Notes: a model not told the origin generated them from the letters alone. A stretch of DNA of 37,502 bases from Octopus bimaculoides (GCF_001194135.2 NC_068995.1:49726757-49764258); one strand, 5' to 3'; positions 12,283 through 23,379 are shown, counted from the first letter of the stretch. A program made the numbers and translations.

Positions 12283-12568
12283 NNNNNNNNNNNNNNNNNN
12301 NNNNNNNNNNNNNNNNNNNNNNNNNNNNNNNNNNNNNNNNNNNNNNNNNNNNNNNNNNNNNNNNNNNNNNNNNNNNNNNNNNNNNNNNNNNNNNNNNNNN
12401 NNNNNNNNNNNNNNNNNNNNNNNNNNNNNNNNNNNNNNNNNNNNNNNNNNNNNNNNNNNNNNNNNNNNNNNNNNNNNNNNNNNNNNNNNNNNNNNNNNNN
12501 NNNNNNNNNNNNNNNNNNNNNNNNNNNNNNNNNNNNNNNNNNNNNNNNNNNNNNNNNNNNNNNNNNNN

Positions 12569-12607
<39 letters not shown>

Positions 12608-12991
12608 TAGAGAGAGACCAGACAGACAGCTAGACAGACGGACAGACGGAGTTTTAAAAATTGTATGCAGAAAATATAATCGTAAATCTCCAAGCCGAAT
12701 TTTCACACCTTTTTTAGTTTTGATTGTTTTTTTTTTCTTTTGCATTTCTACATACGTGCTTTCAGATTTTTACAACAATCACCAAGTGAGTGTTTATATA
12801 ATAACGATTATATTTAGGTAAATATTTACGTAGCAACTAAACTAGTTGCATATTTAAATGAATATTTACATTTACATTGCAACGGTGACTACTACTAGAT
12901 GGCGCTGTTTACAGTTAATGGGGGCAGATAACTTACAATGTTACACCAGTTTTTTGAGTAAATATTATTTTCAAATTAAACTAAATTCAAA

Positions 12992-13690
12992 TCAGTATAA
13001 CTTTTCATTCGGAACTGGCTTGAACTTCTCAATAAATCTGTTTTCTTTTATCCTTCTTTTAACTTCGTTTCGATCATAAAATTTATAAAATGGAAACATT
13101 AAAAAATATATTCAGCTGCGTATTTCTAAATATGTATTTAAGTTAACTTACCTGATATGAGGGTCCCTAATTTGGTGCCGGTGTATTCACAAACGTTCGA
13201 ATAACGAATTTCCAGCCTGGCCTCATTTGATATAGTGTTATGTCTCAACGCTACGGTTATTTAGCACCTTCGGATGATCTCTACTCAACCGCTACACAAC
13301 TACTACTCGACTGCTACTCAACACTCTACCACGGCCAGACTACATCTATCTAATATAGTATATTAGATTGCTAATCTAACAGTTCATATTTGTGATTGTA
13401 CATAATTTTTTTCCCGATCTCTGAGTTTATATTATAACCAGTATGTGCAAACTGACATGTTCCACAACGTTTGCCATTGCATTTAGATATTATGTGGCTG
13501 TTACTGCTTTTGCTTAGATTTATCGTTGCTTTGTCAACAACTGTTTCATGTTTTTCGATTGTTTGTTTGTTTCTAATAAGCTTTGGATTGATAATAAAAT
13601 CCTTTAACTTATCCCATTGTCTTATGATGAGCAACTTTGGTTTGGCGACGTCAGAAATATAACACTTATGTGAATTTTCGTTCACTTAAC
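12992..13690 (-). pseudogene. Decayed Penelope-like element ORF: Cys linker plus GIY-YIG endonuclease (Neptune-like architecture)
   Basis: Manual translation across stops and frameshifts: SKCNGKRCGTCQF (Cys-rich RT-EN linker), NC*ISNLIYYIR-CS, then YIK*GQAGNSLFERL*IHRHQIRDP and FPFYKFYDRNEVKRRIKENRFIEKFKPVPN. These match the YIG motif, Arg/His helix and C-terminal E...F.P.LN pattern of PLE GIY-YIG domains. Confidence 0.8.
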
Positions 13691-14178
13691 AAAGACACTA
13701 AATCCGAGAATTATGTTTCTCTTTCTTGTATTGCTAGATGTTGTTCTTCAAATATTTGTCTTGTACAATTTTATATAAGCAGGAATCGACATTTTTGTTT
13801 GAGTAGAAATCCTTTGGGTTAAACTAGCTTTTCTTGTTTTGATATTTACATCAACAACGACATACATTTTTCCTGGGTAGATAGCTCGGGAACAATAATA
13901 TCGATATACGCAGCAACAACACTTTATGAATTTTAAGTCACTAAATAAAGATATTACATCCGAGTCTTCTGCTCCTCTTTCTTGAGTCGCTAGATGTTGT
14001 TCTTTAAATATTTGTTCTGCACAATCTATACTAGTGTATATAAGCAGGAATGGATGTTTTTAATTGAATAGAAATCCTTTGGGTTTAGCTGGTCATTCTT
14101 TTGATATTTACATCAACAACGGCAAGACAATTTCCTGGGTAGATAGCTCGGGTACAATAATACCGATATACTCTGCAT
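13665..14178. repeat. Diverged tandem duplication of about 255 bp immediately 5' (minus strand) of the PLE endonuclease remnant
   Basis: About 13665-13915 versus 13922-14178 share blocks such as GCTAGATGTTGTTCTT, TATATAAGCAGGAAT, TAGAAATCCTTTGGGTT, TTTTGATATTTACATCAACAACG and TTTCCTGGGTAGATAGCTCGGG. Confidence 0.9.
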
Positions 14179-14334
14179 GGATCCTTAAAAGTTTCAGGTC
14201 AAAAGATCCTGGTGTCATGAATTTTCCCTTCTTTACATTTCCTAGGTTTGATATTGAACACTGCTGCCTACTGCGTTCTCCCTAACATTATAAAAATTTA
14301 AACCATCCGCAAAGACGTCAATCACGAAATAAAT

Positions 14335-14551
14335 AATCCATTCTACTGTAGTCATAAGGCCTGAAATTTTGGGGGAGGCGCCAGTCGATTAAGTCGACCA
14401 CAGTACACAACTGGTACTTAATTTATCAACCCCGAAAGGATGAAAGGTAGAGTCGACCTCGGCGGAATTTGAACTCAGAAAGTAGCGGCATACGAAATGC
14501 CGCTAAGCATTTCGCCCGGCGTGCTAACGATTCTACCGGCTCGCCACCTTG
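14335..14551 (-). mobile_element. Full-length SINE family A with 14-bp target-site duplication
   Basis: tRNA-like head (reverse complement AAGGTGGCGAGCCGGTAGAATCGTTAGC...GAGTTCAAATTCC). TSD ATCACGAAATAAAT at 14321-14334 and 14552-14565. Confidence 0.9.
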
Positions 14552-14886
14552 ATCACGAAATAAATGATAAACAACATAACAGAATTTCATTACTGGAATC
14601 GTCCAAGAAAGTTCAAATTTTATTCTTTCCAACACCGCAGTTGGAAGCTATACAAGCGTGAAGTTCACAACCTACCGAAAGGCTAGACTTCCGTGCCGTT
14701 CACCCACTACAAAATTTGAGGTCACATCACATAACAACACTGCAGCACAACGCCTTTTCTTTACTTTTAACTCAACTAAGCTTGATCTATTCAACATTAT
14801 CCTAAAAGAAATCAACGAAAAACAGTCATAACTTTCGAACGATACCAGATCAACTCACCGGGACACGTAAATAACAATTCCTTGAA

Positions 14887-15147
14887 GGGTGACCCCTTTT
14901 GGTCATGAACGACCACGGGATTGCACCTAGAAAGTTACCCTCCGAGGCACAAGTACGGGCAAGGTTGTTTATAGGAGCCCAGCAGTTACCCATGCATACC
15001 GGCCTCCTCTCTCTACGCCAATGATGTTATCCAAGGAAAAGGCAAAGTGGCCGATACAGCTTGGCACCAGTGATGTCGCAACTCATTTCTACAGCTGAGT
15101 GAACTGGAGCAACGCGAAATAAAGTGTCTTGCTCAAGAACACAACAC
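14887..15147 (-). mobile_element. SINE family D, body and tail without head
   Basis: Minus strand has CTTGAGCAAGACACTTTATT (CORE-like) followed by GCTCCAGTTCACTCAGCTGTAGAAATGAG, shared with the 1346-1664 copy. Confidence 0.7.
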
Positions 15148-16129
15148 TGATGGCTGTCCTCTCGTGACCGATGGAAACCATTGCTGACCTTTAGGAACAT
15201 TGAACGCACAAGATTACCTTATACTTTACACTTGCGGCTCCGTTGGTGACTAAGGAGCCCTGCTCTTGACAAAACATACACGACTGCAACCATTGCAGAC
15301 CAAGCTTTCCTCATTCATTACACCAGCAGTGCGTTTTCGAGCAGCACGCATAAATTCTTCATGAAGAACACGTGCTCTTTTCAAAGGTATCGACTCCTTC
15401 CTTCACCTGTTTCCTCCAGTATACACACATACATGCATGCATACATACATACATACATACATACATACATACATACATGCATGCATACATACATACATAC
15501 ATTCAGACAGAACTTTCATGGAGGTTTTTTTTCTTTATAAAGCATGAANNNNNNNNNNNNNNNNNNNNNNNNNNNNNNNNNNNNNNNNNNNNNNNNNNNN
15601 NNNNNNNNNNNNNNNNNNNNNNNNNNNNNNNNNNNNNNNNNNNNNNNNNNNNNNNNNNNNNNNNNNNNNNNNNNNNNNNNNNNNNNNNNNNNNNNNNNNN
15701 NNNNNNNNNNNNNNNNNNNNNNNNNNNNNNNNNNNNNNNNNNNNNNNNNNNNNNNNNNNNNNNNNNNNNNNNNNNNNNNNNNNNNNNNNNNNNNNNNNNN
15801 NNNNNNNNNNNNNNNNNNNNNNNNNNNNNNNNNNNNNNNNNNNNNNNNNNNNNNNNNNNNNNNNNNNNNNNNNNNNNNNNNNNNNNNNNNNNNNNNNNNN
15901 NNNNNNNNNNNNNNNNNNNNNNNNNNNNNNNNNNNNNNNNNNNNNNNNNNNNNNNNNNNNNNNNNNNNNNNNNNNNNNNNNNNNNNNNNNNNNNNNNNNN
16001 NNNNNNNNNNNNNNNNNNNNNNNNNNNNNNNNNNNNNNNNNNNNNNNNNNNNNNNNNNNNNNNNNNNNNNNNNNNNNNNNNNNNNNNNNNNNNNNNNNNN
16101 NNNNNNNNNNNNNNNNNAGCTGGTATTAA

Positions 16130-16565
16130 GGTAGTTGTTGTTGGCTCAGTGGTGTTGCTGTTGTTGTTGATAATGGTGGTTATGGTGGTGGTAGTGGTGG
16201 TGGTGGTAGTGGTGGTGGTTTTGGTGGTGACGGTGGTGGTGATGGTGGTGGTGGTGGTAGTGGTGGTGGTAGTGTTGATAGTGTAGTTGTTGCTGTTGTT
16301 GGGGTGAGTTGTGGAAGAAGTAGTGGTGTTGTTGTCAGTGGAGGGTTTTGTTGTTCTCGTGGTAGCGGTGCGGATGGTAATGACGATGACAACGGTGATG
16401 ATGATGAGGAGGAGGAGGAGGAGGAAGAAGAAGGGTGGGATGAGAGGAGGAGGATCTGGTGAGGGGAGGAGGAGTGAGTTCACTGCTGGTCTCAATGCAA
16501 TATTTCCTTGTGATCAACTAAAAAGTTGAAAACATGAAATGATTAACACACACACACATAGATAA

Positions 16566-16608
<43 letters not shown>

Positions 16609-16665
16609 ATAAAATAAAGAAAGAGAGAGACACAGATAGATAAAGAGATAAATTCGTAGATGATA

Positions 16666-16706
<41 letters not shown>

Positions 16707-16718
16707 CATATATACATC

Positions 16719-16816
<98 letters not shown>

Positions 16817-17030
16817 CATACATACATGCATACATATATCATATATATCAATATATATATATATATATATATATATGCATAGTGTGCATGTATGTATATG
16901 TATGTGTATGTAAACAGATGCACACACACATACATACATTCACACACACGCACACACATACATACATTCACACACACGCACACACATACACACACTTAGT
17001 GGGGGAAGGAGAGAGAGAGAGAGAGAGAGA
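16130..17030. repeat. Microsatellite field (GGT/GTT/GAG, then CA/GA/TA/TATG)
   Basis: Directly visible. Confidence 0.9.
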
Positions 17031-17605
17031 GAATGTTTTGTGTTGTTGTTTAATCAATTTTTGTCAGTTTCTTTGTTGTCATATATTTTTTCTCCTCACT
17101 TCTCTGCTCTCGCTGTGTCATACATTTACTCCCCGAAGTGAGTTTTGTGTCAAAAAACAAAAATAAACCATCAAAAAACAAAAACAAAAACAAATAGAAG
17201 AAGCTCCACAAAAACTAACAACAAACACTAAACTACACTAGATTAAGATAACAACAGATAAGATGCGAGAGTTGAAAAATCTATTTTCAGTTTTCATTTT
17301 CTCGCAAATATTGCAATTTGGAAAAGCCGTGTTTCCAAATAATTGTTTTGTTGGTCTACCAGGAAATCTCTCTTCGACTTATCGGTTCAGGTCAAAGAAG
17401 TGTTTTGAAATCGCTAATTATCTGTGTAACGTGTGCAGTTGTGTTTGGTAGAATGGATGATATTGCAGCCTATTAACCTAAATAACTTCGGTTCATAGGA
17501 ACAGTGGTGAGGAGATACGAACCACAGTCGGTGAGCTCGAAATGTTTGGGATTTTGTTGTTGTTGTTGTTACTTGTACGGATAATTGGCAGGGTCGTCGA
17601 AGCGT

Positions 17606-17637
<32 letters not shown>

Positions 17638-17742
17638 AAGTCTAGCTGTATTTGTGCCTGTTCTTGATTTCGAATCTCAGTGTGTTGAACTTTGCATTTC
17701 ATTCTTTCGGAGTCGATATAAAAATATATGTATGTATATATG

Positions 17743-17781
<39 letters not shown>

Positions 17782-18097
17782 NNNNNNNNNNNNNNNNNNN
17801 NNNNNNNNNNNNNNNNNNNNNNNNNNNNNNNNNNNNNNNNNNNNNNNNNNNNNNNNNNNNNNNNNNNNNNNNNNNNNNNNNNNNNNNNNNNNNNNNNNNN
17901 NNNNNNNNNNNNNNNNNNNNNNNNNNNNNNNNNNNNNNNNNNNNNNNNNNNNNNNNNNNNNNNNNNNNNNNNNNNNNNNNNNNNNNNNNNNNNNNNNNNN
18001 NNNNNNNNNNNNNNNNNNNNNNNNNNNNNNNNNNNNNNNNNNNNNNNNNNNNNNNNNNNNNNNNNNNNNNNNNNNNNNNNNNNNNNNNNNNNNNNNN

Positions 18098-18145
<48 letters not shown>

Positions 18146-18148
<3 letters not shown>

Positions 18149-18357
18149 TGTGTTTGTTCCCCACTACCGCTTGGTAACCAGCGTTGCTATGTTTTACATC
18201 CCTGTAACTTAGAGGTTTGGCTAAAGAGCTCGACAGAATAAGTACCAGACTTTAAAAGAAAAGTACTGTGGTCGATTCATTCGATTAAAGATTCTTCAAT
18301 GCGGTGCCCCAGCTTGGCCGCAGTCTAATGATTGAAACAAGTAAAAGATAAAAGATA
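18146..18357 (+). mobile_element. SINE family B-related 3' part (divergent subfamily)
   Basis: GTGTTTGTTCCCCACTACCGCTTG...GAATAAGTACCAG...GCGGTGCCCCAGCTTGGCCGCAGTC...GAAACAAGTAAAAGATAAAAGATA has the same layout as family B, but with an (AAAAGAT) tail. Confidence 0.75.
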
Positions 18358-19200
18358 TACCAATCTAAAGTGCTTACTTATTTGCCCAAACCGTTTGTTC
18401 TCTATGGAGCATAGGCTATGCTATCGACAACATTTCTCCCCTGCTTTCGATTCTATCCTTCCTTTCTTCTCCTTGTGTTTGTTGGTCTCGAATTGTTATC
18501 AGTGCATCTATAACTTTGCTTTTATTCAAGTTAGGTTGTTGGCCCTACATTTTTACCTTTGAGAAGAGGTAGTTCTATGTTAATCTGACCATCTTTTGAC
18601 CTGTCCAGCATATGCAGCCCTGCCGGGAGTTTGCGCTCCGTTGGCTTACAGATACACAAGGCACCACACTACATCGAAGATCATTGTGGTGGACACTAAA
18701 GCTGTAGATTAACGGAACTGATGGGACATCAGTCTAGATGTCTTGCAGTCACTGTTGTGGCTCTTTATGCTCTGAGGGAAACGCTGGCGACGACACTGGA
18801 GCCAAGCTCTATAGGTGCCAAAACAACGGCCTTCTCTGGAACTATATCTGTGGTGCAGAAAGAGAAGATTTGTATGCATTGATAACTGCCAGTTTTTCGA
18901 AAAAAAAACTTCTTTGCCCAGATCTGCGCATTTAAGGACAGATAATTAGTCAACCTTAATCAGCAGACGCCTTATATACGCGTCTGAGTGGACAACGGTA
19001 AAAGTGCAACAGGCCCAAACTGGGCTTCATGCAATGCATCACCGCATTTCAGTTGGATTGTGCAGTGAGGCTTCCCTCAAGCAAAGCAGACATGAGGTGT
19101 ACCTAAGAAGATGGCTCGGTGGGCCGCACATCGATATTGAGCAGACTGCTTACGTGTTGTAGGATGTTTGTACTGTTACATCGGGATTGACCTGGGGATG

Positions 19201-20040
19201 CACAACAACAACAAGAACAATAACAGTAATACTACCATTAACCACCATCACAACCACCACCACTACAACTACCACCACAATCAAAACGATTCACCACAAC
19301 CACTAACATCACAAATACCACTAATAACTATTACCACAACCTCAACTAGTACCACTACTACTACCATCACTACCACAACCACCACATTCACCACCACCGT
19401 AACTACCCCGACCACCACCATATCTACGACAACCACCACTACAGCCACCACAACCACTACACCCGCCGCCACTACCACCACAACAACCGACATTATTACT
19501 TCTGTACCAGAACCGTCGCCACTACAATCATCACCACCCTCACCACTATTACCGCAACACCATCATACGACCATAACCACCACTGACTACTACCACCACC
19601 ACCACCACCACCAAAACCACCACAACCACCACAACCAACAACAACTATCCCAATACCACCCTTGTCAAAACTCCACTCCACTCCCATCACAACCACCACC
19701 ACCACCACAACCACTACAACCATCATCATCAGCAGCAACACCACCAATAGTACTACAACAATAACCACCACAACCACCACTACCACCACCACCACTACCA
19801 TTACAAACATCATCATCATCAGTACCACTACCATCAACACCACCACAACGATAACCAACACAGCAATAACCACCAATACCACCACCAAAACCACTACCAC
19901 CACCACTACCACTACCAACACTACCGCTACCAACACAACCACCAACAACACCACCACCACCACAACCACTACCACCATCACCACCACAACCACTACCACC
20001 ACCACCACAACCACCACAACCACCACCACTACCACCCACA
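19201..20040. repeat. (ACC)/(ACT)/(AAC) compound microsatellite
   Basis: Directly visible. Gives poly-T, poly-V and poly-G ORFs in several frames. Confidence 0.9.
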
Positions 20041-20471
20041 CTATACCAGCTGCTCACAATGTGACATACAATTGCTACTCAAGTCATCTCAATGATTTTA
20101 GCCAAATGCCAAAAATACAGATTTCGCTTTCTTCTCTCTCTCTCTTTTTTTTTTTTTCTCTCGCACAGATTACATGGAACAGGTTTCAATAGAGTAACGT
20201 TTAAATATCTTAATCCCATCATTTATAACAATTAATTGAATCTAGATACACTTTCATAGAATCACTAACAACTGTCAGACTGTGCAGGAGACCTCTGCTT
20301 CGGGGGACCATAGAACGAGGATTATAATAGACAAAGCACTGCAACATGTGCCGTTTCTTTAGAACAGCTGCCGTCTTCTAACTGATATCTTCAGATTTTT
20401 AAAAGAATTGCAGACATCAGTTTAGTAAATCTGTGATAAGTTGTTCACATGGTTAATACAGGAATGTTTCA

Positions 20472-20706
20472 AAGGCGGCGAGCTGGCGGAAACGTTAGCA
20501 CGCCGGGCGAAATGCTTGGCGGTATTTCGTCTGTCTTTACGTTTTGAGTTCAAATTCCACCGAGGTCAACTTTACCTTTAATTTTTTTTCGAGGTCGATT
20601 AAACAAGTACCAGTTACGCACTGGTGTCGATGTAATCGACTTATTCCTTTTGTCTGTTCTTGTTTGTCCCCTCTATGTTTACCCCACTGTGAGCAATAAA
20701 GAAATA
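20472..20706 (+). mobile_element. Full-length SINE family A (first of a tandem pair)
   Basis: Head AAGGCGGCGAGCTGGCGGAAACGTTAGC (A box) and GAGTTCAAATTCC (B box). Flanked by AATACAGGAAT(G/A)TTTCA at 20455-20471 and 20707-20723. Confidence 0.9.
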
Positions 20707-20723
20707 AATACAGGAATATTTCA

Positions 20724-20959
20724 AAGGGCGGCGAGCTGGCAGAAACGTTAGCACGCCGGGCGAAATGCTTAGCGGTATTTCGTCTGCCGCTATATTCTGA
20801 GTTCAAATTCCGCCAAGGTCGACTTTGCCTTTCATCCTTTCGAGGTCGATTAAATAAGTACCAGTTACGCACTGGGGTCGATATAATCGACTTAATCCGT
20901 TTGTCTGTCGTTGTTTGTCCCCTCTGTGTGTAGCTCCTTGTGGGCAGTAAAGAAATAGG
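20724..20959 (+). mobile_element. Full-length SINE family A (second of the pair)
   Basis: Same head and boxes, central GTCGACTTTGCCTTTCATCCTTTCGAGGTCGAT, tail TAAAGAAATAG. Confidence 0.9.
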
Positions 20960-20976
20960 AAACTGAAAGAAGCCCG

Positions 20977-21017
<41 letters not shown>

Positions 21018-21223
21018 TGCGCCTATGTCTCCCCAACATCGCTTGTCAACCGATGCTGGTGTGTTTACGTCCCCGTAGCCTAGCGGTTCGGCAAAAGAGA
21101 CCGATAGAATAAGTACTAGGCTTAGAAAGAATAAGTCCTGGAGTCGATTTGTTCGACTAAAGGCGGTGCTCCAGCATGGCTGCAGTCAAATGACTGAAAC
21201 AAGTAAAAGAGTAAAAGAGTATA
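20960..21223 (+). mobile_element. SINE family B, 5'-truncated, with internal (TG)n
   Basis: Begins GAAACTGAAAGAAGCCCG, ends AAGTAAAAGAGTAAAAGAGTATA. Reverse complement of most of 21418-21690. Confidence 0.9.
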
Positions 21224-21417
21224 CCCAAGTCCCAAATTAAAAAAAAAAAAACTGCAAAGATGTTTTAATGCATATCAATACATTTCGTTACCAATTTTAA
21301 ATGCATAAATGAATTTCGGTTTATATATAAAACAGATATCGTTCTTCAAATCAATCTCTCATCGTTACATTTTGTCAACTCACCTCGGTCCACTATCAAC
21401 AACATCCATCTGCTACA

Positions 21418-21826
21418 TATACTCTTTTACTCTTTTACTTGTTTCAGTCATTTGACTGCGGCCATGCTGGAGCACCGCCTTTAGTCGAGCAAATCGACCC
21501 CAGGACTTATTCTTTCTAAGCGTAGTACTTATTCTATCGATCTCTTTTTGCCGAACCACTAAATTACGGGGACGTAAACACACCAGCATCGGTTATCAAG
21601 CGACGTTGGGGGGACAAACACAGACACACAAACATACACACAAACACACATATATATGTATACATATATACGACGGGCTTCTTTCAGTTTCCGTCTACCA
21701 AATCCACTCACAAGGCTTTAGTCGGCCCGAGGCTAAAGTAGAAGACATTGCCCAAGGTGCCACGCAGTGGGACTGAATCCAGAACCATGTGATTAGTAAG
21801 CAAACTACTTACCACACAGCCACTCC
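21418..21826 (-). mobile_element. Full-length SINE family B
   Basis: Minus strand: tRNA-like head (GTGTGGTAAGTAG...GATTCAGTCCC), CORE-like CACCTTGGGCAATGTCTTCT, internal TA/TG microsatellite, (AAAAGAGT) tail. Confidence 0.9.
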
Positions 21827-22160
21827 ACAAAAAAAACAAAAACTCTAATCCAAATCGCTTTCTCATAAAAATTGCAAAACTGATAGTCAACATGTTTTTT
21901 TCTTTTTTCAGCGTATCACAAAAGTGTTTTTTAAAAAAATCTCCTATGTTTGTCCTATTTTCATATTTTAAGATTAGTTAACAATTATCAATGTAATCCG
22001 TGTTTAATGTTATAAAAATATCAGGAGTTGTAAGTCTTAGAATTTATTTTAGCAAAATCATTGACGGTGTAATGTGAACAGAGCGGTGGTAATTTGGAAT
22101 CCGTTTCAGATTACCGGGAGGTAGCTTGAAGTGGGGTGGGGGTACTTGAAATCTTTACAC

Positions 22161-22360
22161 CGGAAGCACAATAAAGTCCTCTAATTAGGATTTGTAGACC
22201 TTACAAAAATGATTTTGACTCTGTATATCAGCAGGCTTTGTGGAAATTATTAGTAAAGCTCGGAATTTCCGAGCAAACTCTAAATACCATAGTGATGCTA
22301 TATAATGATTTGAAGGCATCCGTTCTCTAAAATGGCAGTCAATCTCAGCGTTTTAATGTT
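22161..22360 (+). pseudogene. RTE-clade LINE reverse transcriptase fragment
   Basis: Translates with one frameshift and stops as RKHNKVL*LGFVDLTK/FDSVYQQALWKLLVKLGISEQTLNTIVMLYNDLKASVL*NGSQSQRFNV. This matches the conserved FVDLxKAFDSV...LW.IL..LG RT segment of RTE LINEs. Confidence 0.8.
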
Positions 22361-22395
22361 ATACGCGCGCGTGCACATATACACAGACATACACA

Positions 22396-22643
22396 CAGGG
22401 TGCGATGGGTAAATTGTCGCCATTTTATATTTTGAATTTTGCGCATGCGCATTGTTTGTTTTTTATTTTGTCGTCTACGTGGTACAGTAGGGTCAGTCGG
22501 GCACTGTCTGTGCGAAAAACAGCACCATGACGCAATTCACTCAGCCAGAAATTTGGAAACGACATGCTGTACTACTTCGCATTCGCGTCGGAAGCTCCAA
22601 AACAAACATCTCTGATGGTTTGGGTGTGAATCTAAAGAAGATG
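22396..22643 (+). mobile_element. Tc1/mariner transposon 5' fragment (TIR-like start plus N-terminal transposase)
   Basis: Starts CAGGGTGCGATGGGTAAATTGTCGCC. ATG at 22527 gives MTQFTQPEIWKRHAVLLRIRVGSSKTNISDGLGVNL, an HTH-like N-terminus parallel to ERHADIVAIHVEHSNLEIANFLNV at 34729. Confidence 0.6.
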
Positions 22644-22659
22644 CTCTTCCCCTTCCTGT

Positions 22660-23361
22660 GAACTTTCCAGGAACTCCTTCCCCTTCTCCACCACATCGGA
22701 AATTTCCAGGAAGTCATTCCTCCTCCTCCTTCTTAGGAACTACCCAGAAATAATTTCTCTCCCTCCTCCCAATTTTCCCGGAAGTAATTCTTCCGCTTCA
22801 TCCCCTCCTCCGAACTTTCCTGGAAGTAATTCCTCCCTTTCTTCCCCCTCTTTGGAACTTTCCCGGAAGTAATCCTTGGAAGTAATTCCTCCCACTCCTT
22901 GGAACTTCCCCGAAGTAATTCCTCCCCTTGCTCCTCCTCCTCGGAAAATATCCGGAAGTAATGCCTCATACTCCTCGGAACTTTCCGGAGGTAATTTCTA
23001 CCCTTCCTCCTCTTCTGAATTTACTCGGAGGTAATTCCACCCCTTCTTCCACTTCATTGGAACTTACACAGACGTAATTCTCTCTCTTCCTCGGAACTTT
23101 CCTGGAAGTAATTCATCCCCTTGGAACTTACCTGGAAATAATTCCCCTCTCCTCGGAATTTTCCCGGCAGTAAGTCCTCCCCAAACTTTCCCGGAAGTAA
23201 TTCGCCCATTTCTTCCTACTCCTCGGAACTTTCCCGAAATATTTCGTCCCCTTTCTCCCCACTTCGGAACTTACAAGGAAATAATTCCTCTCCCTCCTCC
23301 GAACTTTCCCGGAAGTAATTCATTCCCTTTCCCCTACTCTGAAATTAGCCGGACGTAATTC
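22660..23361. repeat. Minisatellite of about 20 units, core GGAACTTTCCCGGAAGTAATTC with variable CT-rich linkers (mean period about 36 bp)
   Basis: Counted 19 complete and 1 partial core. Variable linker lengths break any reading frame. Confidence 0.9.
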
Positions 23362-23378
23362 GTCCCCTTCCTCCCCTC

Positions 23379-23379
<1 letters not shown>

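Noticed and set aside
19168-20192. Thr-rich mucin-like ORFs and a Gly/Cys keratin-like antisense ORF
   Set aside because: By-products of (ACC/ACT/AAC)n.
22733-22969. Repetitive ITSGKVP/EELL peptide on the minus strand
   Set aside because: Translation of the minisatellite; unit lengths are not multiples of three.
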